Positions 45,963 through 55,392 of a stretch of DNA of 55,392 bases are shown in pieces. A program made the position numbers and the translations under genes. The stretch's first letter is position 1; the number at the start of each line of letters is the position of its first letter. The notes below the pieces were generated by a model, which worked only from the letters and a program-made list of their open reading frames with translations, did no database searches and had not been told where the DNA came from. The DNA comes from a virus (taxonomy: Duplodnaviria; Caudoviricetes): positions 1-55,392 of IMG/VR virus record IMGVR_UViG_3300047476_002354; one strand, given 5' to 3'.

Positions 45963-48746
45963 TTATTTTTCCAATTTAATAGCTTGTTGACCTGTAACAG
46001 TTGCGATAATGATATTTTCTTTTTTATTACATTGATATGTAAGGCTAGTGTACAAATATGCATCTGTGACTTTGGTATTATTATTCATCATGCTTTTTAT
46101 GACAAACGAACCATGAGGATTTAAAGGTCTAGTTACATAGCAAGAAAAGCTAATACTATATATTGGTTTTTGAAGAATGTTAATTTTGTTTCTTAACCAA
46201 GTATCAACAGATAAAAAATCAGGGAAATTTTTATCTAATGGTTGATAAAGTTTACTGTCATAACCAACGTATCCTTGAACTGAATAGTCACCATTTATGA
46301 TTGATTGAAACCCGTTTGCTTGTGGGTATGAGTATCGTGAAAACGAGAATCCTTCATAACCACTACCTCTTGCTTCAAATGATTTATAAAAATTGCCATT
46401 TTCAGTTGATATGCGGAATGGACCAGATAGCAAACCATGCCAGTCCTCTACATTTTCTTTAAAATAAGCATCTCTAGTATTTGCATCAGTTAAATCTATA
46501 CCAAATAGTTTAATACTATCTCTATATTTTGAGTCATATCTCCAGTTTATTTCAAAAACTTGCTTTGAATAATCAAATCTTAAAAATGGCATTTCAGTTT
46601 GCTTTGTAAAAAATTTATTCAACAAAATATCAAGTTTTGAAATAATAGTATCGCCTTCTATGGCATAGACTTGCTGATTATCAAGCTGTGTATATGACAT
46701 ATTAGCTTCTAAACTTTTTATGTATCCAGGATTTTCATACATTCTTAAATACTGATAAAAGCTTGAATGCTCGAAACATCTATAAAGTGAATATTTAAGC
46801 TTTGCTCCACCGAACAAAACATAATTCTTAAACCTTGTACTATCCAAAACCATCTTTCCTACATCGGTACATTCGAATTCTGTTTGTGACATTGAAGCAC
46901 TTCGTTCAGTAGTTGACTTTACTATAAAACCTTGAAAAAATATTTCTAATTCATCATTATAGCCAGCAGAAAGCTCAATAACTATTTTATTTTTTTCTAT
47001 CAAACTCAAGATATTCATGCCGTTATATTTGGTATCTTGAGAGTATCCAGCATCAAAGTTTTTCAATGTTACAGTAGCTTCGCCAAAAATAAGGTTTGAA
47101 TCACCATTGTTGTATCTGACAACCCAGCTTTCTATATATTCTGAAATGTCATAAGCTGGAAGTTTATTTGGATCTTGTCCGCCTATTGGGTAAAGTAAAC
47201 TGTTGTCAGGTGCTAATGAATAAACTGGCTTACCTTTGTTATTCAAAAGCTTGTTTTCTATTTTATGTAGTACAGGACCGCCAATTACTGAATTGTATCT
47301 GACCTGTCCAAATCCATTATTTACATAAGAATTTACAAATTCAACCTGAGTATTACCACTTCTTGAATCCTGATAATGAGATACGCCATTATCTTTGACA
47401 TTTTTATACCCAGTGTATGGATCTAATTCAAATGTAGGTGACGAAGTATCATGGCTAAAAGTGATGTGTGGCTTATAGTCATCCGATCGACTATCAAAAT
47501 TATTAAAAGCTAAAGTACCATATTGAACTCCACAACTAGCATAGCTACATTGTATTGTAATAGTTGCGTCTTGAGGCAAGAAATTGATAAATTTATTTTT
47601 GCTTGAATCTGAGTTTTTATTTTGTGATAAAGGTGAGAGGTTTTGCCACTGGCTTACATCTGGAGAGAATCCTATCAAAGCAATATCGTTAAGAAAATGC
47701 ATATATATATTTATGACGGATGATTTAGTGTCTTCATTGCCAGTAACAGGAAATTTTACATTTTGCTTTAATTTCTGACCACCCGGAGTAATTGTGTAAA
47801 GTTCGTTTTTATAAGGGGTGAATTCAAATTGATATAATAAATTATTGTGTTTAGGTGTGGCAGATCCAACTTTGACAATAATAATAGATTCCTTACCGTT
47901 GATATTATTAGTAGAAAAAGATGGTGAAATTGATAGATGAAAACTATTATTAGTAGAACCTCTTTCAGTAACTTTTTGAGAAATTATTGAAGATGTAGTT
48001 TTTCCAGCAGAGTCAACAGATTTTTTTACGCAATACAAAGTGCTATCATCATCGTAAATAACATCTTTGCTTAATGGGTATATTCTTTTGATATAAGAAG
48101 TTTCTGATGGAGATGATAAATAAATAGACGATTCTCCAATTGTGTCTGATTTAGTAAGCAAAACTGGATTAGTAGTTATTTGACCTTTATGTTTTTTTGA
48201 GTCTGTGGTTATTAAATTGCCTTTTTGATCGACCAAGGCCCAGATATTGTATGTAGTTAAAACCTTTGAAGCACCATAAGGGTTAATAGTTGAAAAAGGC
48301 ATAATAGGCACAGACAAATCGGGATCTACAGGCACTTTTGGAGTCTGCTCTAATATATTAAGTCCAGAATCACCAATAAAATTTGGCGAGTATTGATCAG
48401 TTGGGCCTTTTAAAAGATTAAATATTGGGTGGCTTTTATCTGGCTCTATGCTTCCATATGCAAAAGTACATCTTGTAGCTCCTATCTGCTGATTGACAGG
48501 AGGGATTTGAGCATTCATCAAATTTGAAATATTTTGAAAAAATGAAAATGAATTCAAATTATAATTTTTTCCACCCAATGTTTGAAATCTATCTTGTTGA
48601 GCATTCCTGTTAATCGGGTTTGTATTTTCTGGATCAGTTTGCGATGAGGCCGAGCTGTAATACCCGTTGGCAATAGGTGGAGTTTCGTTATATAAAACAT
48701 AAAGCTTTGCTTTTATAACAAGTTCTCTTGTCTTATCTACAATCAT
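45963..48746 (-). CDS. Putative baseplate hub / tail-tip protein
   Basis: C-terminal half has the hub-like pattern ATVTLKNFD...IELSAGY...FFQGFIV...FECTD seen in gp27/gp44-type hubs. Confidence 0.5.
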   Translation of the reverse strand: MIVDKTRELVIKAKLYVLYNETPPIANGYYSSASSQTDPENTNPINRNAQQDRFQTLGGKNYNLNSFSFFQNISNLMNAQIPPVNQQIGATRCTFAYGSIEPDKSHPIFNLLKGPTDQYSPNFIGDSGLNILEQTPKVPVDPDLSVPIMPFSTINPYGASKVLTTYNIWALVDQKGNLITTDSKKHKGQITTNPVLLTKSDTIGESSIYLSSPSETSYIKRIYPLSKDVIYDDDSTLYCVKKSVDSAGKTTSSIISQKVTERGSTNNSFHLSISPSFSTNNINGKESIIIVKVGSATPKHNNLLYQFEFTPYKNELYTITPGGQKLKQNVKFPVTGNEDTKSSVINIYMHFLNDIALIGFSPDVSQWQNLSPLSQNKNSDSSKNKFINFLPQDATITIQCSYASCGVQYGTLAFNNFDSRSDDYKPHITFSHDTSSPTFELDPYTGYKNVKDNGVSHYQDSRSGNTQVEFVNSYVNNGFGQVRYNSVIGGPVLHKIENKLLNNKGKPVYSLAPDNSLLYPIGGQDPNKLPAYDISEYIESWVVRYNNGDSNLIFGEATVTLKNFDAGYSQDTKYNGMNILSLIEKNKIVIELSAGYNDELEIFFQGFIVKSTTERSASMSQTEFECTDVGKMVLDSTRFKNYVLFGGAKLKYSLYRCFEHSSFYQYLRMYENPGYIKSLEANMSYTQLDNQQVYAIEGDTIISKLDILLNKFFTKQTEMPFLRFDYSKQVFEINWRYDSKYRDSIKLFGIDLTDANTRDAYFKENVEDWHGLLSGPFRISTENGNFYKSFEARGSGYEGFSFSRYSYPQANGFQSIINGDYSVQGYVGYDSKLYQPLDKNFPDFLSVDTWLRNKINILQKPIYSISFSCYVTRPLNPHGSFVIKSMMNNNTKVTDAYLYTSLTYQCNKKENIIIATVTGQQAIKLEK

Positions 48747-51700
48747 TTTGAAAACACCTCGTATGCTTTTTTATCAAACACTTTGGAATATGGATATATC
48801 GTTTTAGAAACAATTTTATTATTAGAATTTTTATACCAAGCTATCAAATGTTTCTCGTCTTTATCAAACACTAAACCCGATCTTTGCTGAGGAACATCAG
48901 AATTGTCATTAGAATCATCGTTATTTAAAATGACATAATTTGCTTCATTAAGATTATAAATTAACGGGTTATTTGCTTTATCAATTTCAAAATTTCCAGA
49001 CACCAGTTGCAGCATGGGCATAATATTTGCAGGGGCATCAACAAAAGATGTAAAACTCGTATAAAATATTTTATTGTTGCACCAAAACGTCAAATGAATA
49101 ATTTTATTTCTTTTTTCAAAAATTGAGGTTAAGCCTGAAATATTATTTCCACTTGAACTTGTTCCTAATATTGTATTCAAGTCGATAAGTGTACGTTCCT
49201 CAGATAATAGATGCCCATTCAAAACTTTATATCGTATTGCATTATTGCCTTGCGAAACATAAAAAATTATAAAATTATTTGGTTGATATCCAATAATATT
49301 AGGATAGGTCTGAGCTACAGGGTCGGAATCTTGTTCTTGAAGATTTAAAAAATCTGGATACTTATCTGGGTCTAGTGGGTCAGGAGTTGGGCCTGCTATT
49401 AAAAATGTGCTTACTCCTTGTTTACCTGTAGATGCCAAGAATGCTTGTGTGACTTTCAGAATTACACTTCCGCCGTCAACATAACCAACAGCAAATACGG
49501 TGTTTCTGTCATCATCAATAAATGCAGAGGTAAAATTTAGTTGATCAAAAAGTTTTTTCTGAACTGAAAAACCTTCATTCGATTGAAAATATTCAGTACC
49601 CGGTAACTGCCAACTGTTTTCACTAGTTCCTGCATTATTTAATGCTGCTGATGAAAATGTACCATTACTGTCTGCTGATTCGCTTAATAAGTAAAATGTG
49701 TCTGCGTTTGGAAGTGAGTTGTCAATAGGCTGAAAATTAATTATTAAAGGATTCTTTCCTTTGAATGGTACTTCAGCATTAGACTGAAAATCTCCCTCGC
49801 TTGGTGTAGATTTAACATTGTATGATTCATAAGTACCTGAATAACCGCTTACCGAAACAACGTCAATTTCACCAGCTTCACTTACGTCTTGTCTATTGCT
49901 ATTATATGCAACAGTCATATTTCCACTTAAATTAGAAGTTGAAACACTAACTGAATCTTCTGCTGCTTGAGCTCCACCTAGCACAGATCTAAAAAGAATC
50001 TTTGCACTACTCGAGCCTGAAAAAGAAGAGTTAAACTTTACTTCAGAATTTTCTGGCATACTTACAAACCATGTAGGACTATAAAGTGTTCCTGTGATTT
50101 TATATGGATTTGTATTCGAAACTGTTTTTGTCCCCAATGAATCTTCTGAAGCAATAAAGAAAAATTGCCCGTCTATCTCTGGATCATTACCAAGAACTTT
50201 AACAGGAGAAATTGGTAAATCTTCATTAAAACCAGGAGATCCAGAAGCATCATCATTTCCTACAACACTGAGGTATTCGAGTGTATGCTTTGTGATACTA
50301 ACTGATTCAAATTTAAATCCAGGCTTTAAACCTTCTTTAGACGAATCTGAGGTTAAATCAGAATATGAATATTTTCCTGAGGAGTAAGGATACAAACTAA
50401 CTCTTAAAACAAACTGACTTTCAACAGATTCTATATTGAAAGGAATGTTGATTGTAGGTGAGTAAGATATTTCTTCTTTGTCAGTTAGTATAGGTGACTT
50501 AAATAATCTTGATAAAACTTTACCATTGCTGCTTATAATTAGTCCCTGAATTTGTAAATCAAAACCTAAGTCCTTGTCTACATTTTTTCTTGTTAATTTT
50601 ATTGTCCAAGTTCCAGTATTGACTCTGCCATTTGATAGTAACTGTCCGTCTGTTACAAAATCGACATTAATAAGAGCAGAAGAATTTGTTGGTTGAGAGG
50701 TTTTCTTTAAGATTTTAAATACTTGTTCAGTTAGAGTTATATTTATCTTTCCACCCTGATCATCTGGATTCATAACCAATAAGTCTTTAAAAGCATTCTC
50801 TATTGTAGTTGTTGCAGTGGCTGAAGTAAACTTTTGGCTATATTGAATGTATCCAGAACTCTCACTAGCAGATTTTCTTCCTGTTAATAACTTTGTAAGA
50901 TTAATTGGTGATTTTAATGAAGTGAAAGTTGCACTCGTAAAAATGGAAGAATCAAAAGACCTCATTGGATATAATGTATTGGATATATTTTGAAATATAT
51001 TAGACTCTATACCAGAAACTTCCGAACTTGCTGAAAAGCTAATTTTAGGAAAAACTTCAAACTTAGTTCCATCAGTAGAATTTGTTTTTACAAATACTTC
51101 AACTGCTAAAATCGCTGAAGTAAAATCCAATCCCGAAAAGGTGAGTTTTTTTTGCTCATTTATATACCGAGCAATTTCAAATGTTTGTAAATTTTCATCA
51201 ATAGGTGGAGAAACTAAAAGATCAAGAAAAGAGCTAGGCTTTTCTCTTGCAACAGTTGTTTTTCCATCAATAACTTTGAAAATAAATTCTGTTTTATCTC
51301 TGTAGCTTCTGACTGATTCAATGTCATTAACATTTACATCCACTGGTACAAACCAGTATCTAAAATAAATATGACTTACAGAATTATTTGAAGTAGCGTC
51401 AGCGTCTTTGAAATTAACACTTGCATCGAATGCTGTTTTAAATGTCCCTTTGGTAAATGTGATTCCGCTGTTTATAGGCATTGGGTACTTTTCATCTGAT
51501 GCTATAAAAACGCCCAATGAAGTGTCTACTATATCTTTGTCATTACTTTTGCCAGAATCTGTTAAGGTTACTACTTGTTTTTTTGAATAAAGGATAAACT
51601 CTGTAAGCTTTCTTAAACCAGAGCTTAAAACAGTCCCATCAAAAACATATCTTGCATGTCTTCTACCAACACCAACATTTAAAAGAGTAACAAAATAAAC

Positions 51701-52744
51701 ACCTTCACCGCCAACATTTCCAAGAGCTGCTGCCGAACCAGTATCAATTGCATTCGATGCACCAAAGAACCTCAAATCAACACTATGGGAAAAACCAGGA
51801 CTTTGAATTCTTTTGTCTGAATTAAAAACTTTTACATTAATAGTAGGGCGAGTATCAGATGTTGATGGGGCTTTAAATGTAGCTGAAGATGAATTGGAAG
51901 AATCAACCTCACAATCAACCAAAACTGCATATCCTAATATAATAGAAGGCAAGTTTCTATCATCTATGTTACATGAATTAGAAGCTTCGTATATAGAAAA
52001 CTTTTTCAAATCTAACTTCAATGATTTGATGTTTTTATTAGGTATTAATTTTATTTCTTTTGCTTGTGGATAATTTGTAGCAGACAGCCCAGATTCTAAG
52101 CTGGTTTCAAACCTGAGTTGTTTTGTTATGAAAGAAATACTAGTTGAAAGTCCAGTTAAGGGAAGTAGTTTTGCTGACTTGTCACCAGTTTTTGATGTAT
52201 ACACCTTTCCATCAAGCAAGACATCCATATATAAATACTTGGTTAAATCTACTTGACCGTAATTTCCAGATTGAATATTCTTCTTATCTTCTTCATCTGT
52301 AACTGTATCTAAAAAAGTAGAATCTTTAGGGTCCACTACAAAAGAATATTCTAGTTGGATTGAAGCTATACGCCTAGAAGAAGGAATAGTCACTGCATAA
52401 CTTAACAACTCTTCAATGGTATCTCCATCTAGTTTGTTAGTTATATCTATGTAATCAGAAGGAGGTAAAGAGATGTAATTTGATGGATTTTGCAAAGGTC
52501 TAAAAACATTTTGAATAGGGAAATATTCTTGACCAGACGAAAAAATTCCAGTAGCCTTAACTCGTGTACGTGAAGTATTATTATTTTCTAAATCAGGTAC
52601 AGCGTTGTAAAATCTACCTCTACCAATTCTAGCTTGATAAAATCCTTGAGCTTGAGAATTGCCATTTGCATTAGTTTTTGGCGACCATGTATATCCAAAA
52701 ATAGGAGGTATAAATGATGGGTTGGAGTATGCTTCACCTGCCAT
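48743..52744 (-). CDS. Large hypothetical virion protein (S/T-rich, C-terminal propeller-like)
   Basis: 1333-aa ORF, ATGA-coupled to the hub-like gene; beta-rich composition. Confidence 0.6.
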   Translation of the reverse strand: MAGEAYSNPSFIPPIFGYTWSPKTNANGNSQAQGFYQARIGRGRFYNAVPDLENNNTSRTRVKATGIFSSGQEYFPIQNVFRPLQNPSNYISLPPSDYIDITNKLDGDTIEELLSYAVTIPSSRRIASIQLEYSFVVDPKDSTFLDTVTDEEDKKNIQSGNYGQVDLTKYLYMDVLLDGKVYTSKTGDKSAKLLPLTGLSTSISFITKQLRFETSLESGLSATNYPQAKEIKLIPNKNIKSLKLDLKKFSIYEASNSCNIDDRNLPSIILGYAVLVDCEVDSSNSSSATFKAPSTSDTRPTINVKVFNSDKRIQSPGFSHSVDLRFFGASNAIDTGSAAALGNVGGEGVYFVTLLNVGVGRRHARYVFDGTVLSSGLRKLTEFILYSKKQVVTLTDSGKSNDKDIVDTSLGVFIASDEKYPMPINSGITFTKGTFKTAFDASVNFKDADATSNNSVSHIYFRYWFVPVDVNVNDIESVRSYRDKTEFIFKVIDGKTTVAREKPSSFLDLLVSPPIDENLQTFEIARYINEQKKLTFSGLDFTSAILAVEVFVKTNSTDGTKFEVFPKISFSASSEVSGIESNIFQNISNTLYPMRSFDSSIFTSATFTSLKSPINLTKLLTGRKSASESSGYIQYSQKFTSATATTTIENAFKDLLVMNPDDQGGKINITLTEQVFKILKKTSQPTNSSALINVDFVTDGQLLSNGRVNTGTWTIKLTRKNVDKDLGFDLQIQGLIISSNGKVLSRLFKSPILTDKEEISYSPTINIPFNIESVESQFVLRVSLYPYSSGKYSYSDLTSDSSKEGLKPGFKFESVSITKHTLEYLSVVGNDDASGSPGFNEDLPISPVKVLGNDPEIDGQFFFIASEDSLGTKTVSNTNPYKITGTLYSPTWFVSMPENSEVKFNSSFSGSSSAKILFRSVLGGAQAAEDSVSVSTSNLSGNMTVAYNSNRQDVSEAGEIDVVSVSGYSGTYESYNVKSTPSEGDFQSNAEVPFKGKNPLIINFQPIDNSLPNADTFYLLSESADSNGTFSSAALNNAGTSENSWQLPGTEYFQSNEGFSVQKKLFDQLNFTSAFIDDDRNTVFAVGYVDGGSVILKVTQAFLASTGKQGVSTFLIAGPTPDPLDPDKYPDFLNLQEQDSDPVAQTYPNIIGYQPNNFIIFYVSQGNNAIRYKVLNGHLLSEERTLIDLNTILGTSSSGNNISGLTSIFEKRNKIIHLTFWCNNKIFYTSFTSFVDAPANIMPMLQLVSGNFEIDKANNPLIYNLNEANYVILNNDDSNDNSDVPQQRSGLVFDKDEKHLIAWYKNSNNKIVSKTIYPYSKVFDKKAYEVFSK

Positions 52745-52745
52745 T

Positions 52746-53147
52746 TTATGAGTTTAAGAATCTGATAAATAGATCCTTCATCTCCTTCTTCATTTTTTCT
52801 TCGCTCTTTTTAAAATCTAGCTGTGATCTCTTTTCGTAAATCTCTGTGACTTCAGTCAAAATCTTATGTTTAAGAATAATTATATCTTCTTCAGTAATGC
52901 TAAATGTTTTAAGTTTTTCTTCTATCTTGGTAAACACTAACTCGGTGATTTCTCGATAGTCAACTCTTTCTTCAGTTTCTTGAGTTGATGTAGTCGTGCC
53001 TGGTTGTTGATTGTTGAAAGTGTTATATACATTTAAGTTTTCAGTATTATTCTTTTCATTAGAAAGATGATTATATTCTAAGTTGTTGAAATTTTCTGTC
53101 TTGTTGCTTTGATTTACTGTTGACTTTTGTTGATTGTGATGAATTGT
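52746..53147 (-). other. Open frame that continues the upstream Asn-rich gene after a +1 frameshift (includes the 63-aa track ORF)
   Basis: Frame is open from 53147 to 52746 with no ATG/GTG/TTG until 52937; reads TIHHNQQKSTVNQSNKTENFNNLEY...VDYREITELVFTK, the same composition as the upstream ORF. Confidence 0.7.
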
Positions 53148-55392
53148 TTACTTCTTCGACAATTTTATTAACTTCTTCTTGAATAAACTTATTCCAAACT
53201 TTTTCAATTCTTAAGTTTGAAATTTGAATATCTTCATTTTCTTCAATTTGTTTTACGACAGTTATGTTTTTAAACTCATTATCAGTATTTGTTGACTCGT
53301 AATTTAAGCTTGTTTCTGACAAATTAACTTGATTATAGTTTGGATGAATACTTGTTTGTGCTATGTTGTTTATTTCATCATAAACTTCAATTTTGGATGT
53401 TTGGTAAGATGTGTTATTATCAAAATCAAGTGTTATATTTTCAATTTTTTCAATTCTATTTTCTATATTATTGACTTTATTTTCAATGTTATTTATCGCA
53501 TTGGTTTGAGCCATTGAATTTAAAACATTTTGAATTTGATTCACATATTCATCATTCAATTGAATTGAGTTATCATTTTGTTTTTCAAATAATAATGTTC
53601 TTAACTCGGTAGAATTTTTGCTTATATCAAAAAGTAAATTCTGATTAAACAAATTAGTTAAAGAATTTTGATTGAAAGTATTTAAGATTTGTTCATTAAT
53701 ATTTGTGTTATTAGAAATATTTTGTATTAGCTCTTCTGATGATCGATTTTCATTATAAATACTGCCATTCTCTTCTAAAATTTTATTAACATTTTCTATA
53801 ACTTGATTGTTAACGATATTTTGGTTTAGACTAATATTTTCACTTATAGTATTTGTTAAAAGCTTTGCCACATTATAATTTTGAACAGCGGTAGTTAAGG
53901 TTTTTAAAACTGTGTCGTTTTGAATTTGTATTTGGTTACTTACACTGTTTATTTTGAAAGAATTTAAAATCTGTTCGATATATTTCTTTTGATGACTGAG
54001 ATTGTTTTTGATTACAGATGTTATCAGCTCATTATTGACTTGATTAAACTCGGTTTTTTCATTCACATTTTGATTGATGTTGTTTATTGCATTTTGGAAA
54101 AGCAAACTATTTAATTGCTCAAATTTATTTTCAATTGCTGTGAATATCAAATTGTCAAAAGTTTGAATTAATGATGATTTATTAATTACACTTTCATTTT
54201 GAATGAGGTTAATAATACTTTCATGAACTTTAGACATAAATATGCTTTGTTCTAGTAAATTTGTAAGAACTACATTATTGTCTATTTTGCCATCGAAATT
54301 AGTTACAGTACTTGTTTGGTTATATGTTTCAGTTAATAAATTTGAAACTTCTTCTATACTTTCTGCAGTTTTCAAAATATTATAATTTTCAGTATTTAAA
54401 TACTCTGGATAACTTGTAGTAATTATATTTACAGCTACCGTCTTGATATCATTCAAGATTGAAGTTTTTTGTTCATCGGAAAAATTAATTATCTCTGATG
54501 AATTTTTACTTTCAAAAATATTGTTTCTTAGATTGCTTATTGTTTCTATAAAAGATGGCGTGAGGATATGTTGCTGAAGACGAATATTAAATTCGCTCTC
54601 ATACATCTCAACATCCTGGGCAGAAAAGCTGTCATTGTAAGAAATTTTATTTAATGTTTCTATTTTAAAACTTTCATTCAAAAAGTAATTTCTAACAGCT
54701 TCAACATTTTTTGTCTCAAGTAGTGAATATTGTTTACTATTGATGACATTATTTAAAATTTCTAAGATGGAATTAGATTTTTCTTCTACACTCAGAGATG
54801 AATTTTTGATGATATTTTCAAATGAATCAATTTTGGTTTGACTAGTATTTAAAACTTGTAATGAATTAGATATTGCAGTGTTTAAAATTTCATCTTTATA
54901 AGCATTAAAATTGTTTTTTATACTTTCTTCGTTTGAATTATTGTAAATATTTTCAATAGATTCTTTGAATTCATTTTCAAATTTAAAGCTGCCTGTTTGC
55001 AAAGTTAAATCCATAAATCTATTTGACAATAAATTTTGTGTTAAATAATTTTGTTCATTGTTTTGGCTTTCAGAAGATATATCAATAGAAGTATTGATAA
55101 AATTTTGCCTATTCAATAAAAACTCAAAATCATTATTTATGATATTTTTAGCAATATCATAAATCTCAGTATTGTTATTGTTTTGGTTGATGCTTGACGA
55201 ATTATTCTTGTAATCACTGTTAATGAATAAAGATTGATACTTCTTACTTATAGACTTTTGGATTGCATTTTCAAAAGAGAAATTGTTTTCCACATTTTGC
55301 TTAAAAATATTTTCTAAAATATCAAATTTAAGATTGTCTCTATTTACTGTAATTTTATATGTTTTAATGTTCTGGGAAATTTCACTATTCGA
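53071..55392 (-). CDS. Asn/Ile/Glu-rich low-complexity helical protein, 5'-partial
   Basis: The frame stays open from the GTG at 55293 to the window edge (SNSEISQNIKTY...), so the true start is probably outside the window. Confidence 0.75.
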   Translation of the reverse strand, partial: SNSEISQNIKTYKITVNRDNLKFDILENIFKQNVENNFSFENAIQKSISKKYQSLFINSDYKNNSSSINQNNNNTEIYDIAKNIINNDFEFLLNRQNFINTSIDISSESQNNEQNYLTQNLLSNRFMDLTLQTGSFKFENEFKESIENIYNNSNEESIKNNFNAYKDEILNTAISNSLQVLNTSQTKIDSFENIIKNSSLSVEEKSNSILEILNNVINSKQYSLLETKNVEAVRNYFLNESFKIETLNKISYNDSFSAQDVEMYESEFNIRLQQHILTPSFIETISNLRNNIFESKNSSEIINFSDEQKTSILNDIKTVAVNIITTSYPEYLNTENYNILKTAESIEEVSNLLTETYNQTSTVTNFDGKIDNNVVLTNLLEQSIFMSKVHESIINLIQNESVINKSSLIQTFDNLIFTAIENKFEQLNSLLFQNAINNINQNVNEKTEFNQVNNELITSVIKNNLSHQKKYIEQILNSFKINSVSNQIQIQNDTVLKTLTTAVQNYNVAKLLTNTISENISLNQNIVNNQVIENVNKILEENGSIYNENRSSEELIQNISNNTNINEQILNTFNQNSLTNLFNQNLLFDISKNSTELRTLLFEKQNDNSIQLNDEYVNQIQNVLNSMAQTNAINNIENKVNNIENRIEKIENITLDFDNNTSYQTSKIEVYDEINNIAQTSIHPNYNQVNLSETSLNYESTNTDNEFKNITVVKQIEENEDIQISNLRIEKVWNKFIQEEVNKIVEEVNNSSQSTKVNSKSKQQDRKFQQLRI

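Noticed and set aside
20208-52744. Cellular S-layer/adhesin island or eCIS locus
   Set aside because: There are no signal peptides or secretion genes, and no sheath, AAA ATPase or VgrG/PAAR genes in view. Phage tail-fibre and hub motifs plus the genomic context favour a virion module, although no capsid or terminase gene is present in the window to prove it.
184-53517. The many 60-150-aa ORFs nested in or antisense to long genes (e.g. 3313..3756, 9519..9923, 33242..33565)
   Set aside because: They are shadow frames of well-supported genes, with no RBS or recognisable motifs.
1-55392. Alternative genetic code (stop-codon reassignment), as in some large phages
   Set aside because: Code 11 gives near-complete coding density with multi-kb ORFs, and TAA, TAG and TGA all terminate genes. 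The only break is a frameshift, not an in-frame stop.

Overview
This window is an AT-rich, very gene-dense segment that reads as part of a jumbo/huge bacteriophage genome, or a similarly large phage-like element. I found no tRNA, rRNA or CRISPR array, and the long ORFs are open in the standard code. Block 1 (+, 19-8852) is a complete gyrB-gyrA DNA gyrase followed by small virion/tail genes and two paralogous tail-tube-like genes, closed by a bidirectional terminator. Block 2 (mostly -, 8904-20148) is a host-like accessory cluster: DUF151-like nuclease, MerC-like membrane protein, RNase HII, DnaK, SF2 helicase, DnaJ, a free-standing LAGLIDADG endonuclease, and three consecutive proteases of different families (S8 subtilase, S26 signal peptidase I, S1 trypsin/HtrA-like). 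Block 3 (-, 20208-55392) is a ~35 kb run of giant modular virion-like proteins (3060, 1461, 971, 1343, 1306, 927, 1333 aa) built from shared adhesion modules (VWA, PA14, Asp-box propellers, tail-fibre repeats). Non-obvious signals are: a recurring AGG-N18/19-AGAATA promoter-like motif at five gene starts; leaderless sigma70-type promoters at the helicase and dnaJ; a +1 frameshift splitting the last gene; large insertions in GyrB and the helicase; a PVC-like, quinolone-insensitive-type GyrA QRDR; and an unannotated 23-aa ORF with an occludable RBS. All family calls come from motif recognition by eye; no database searches were run.
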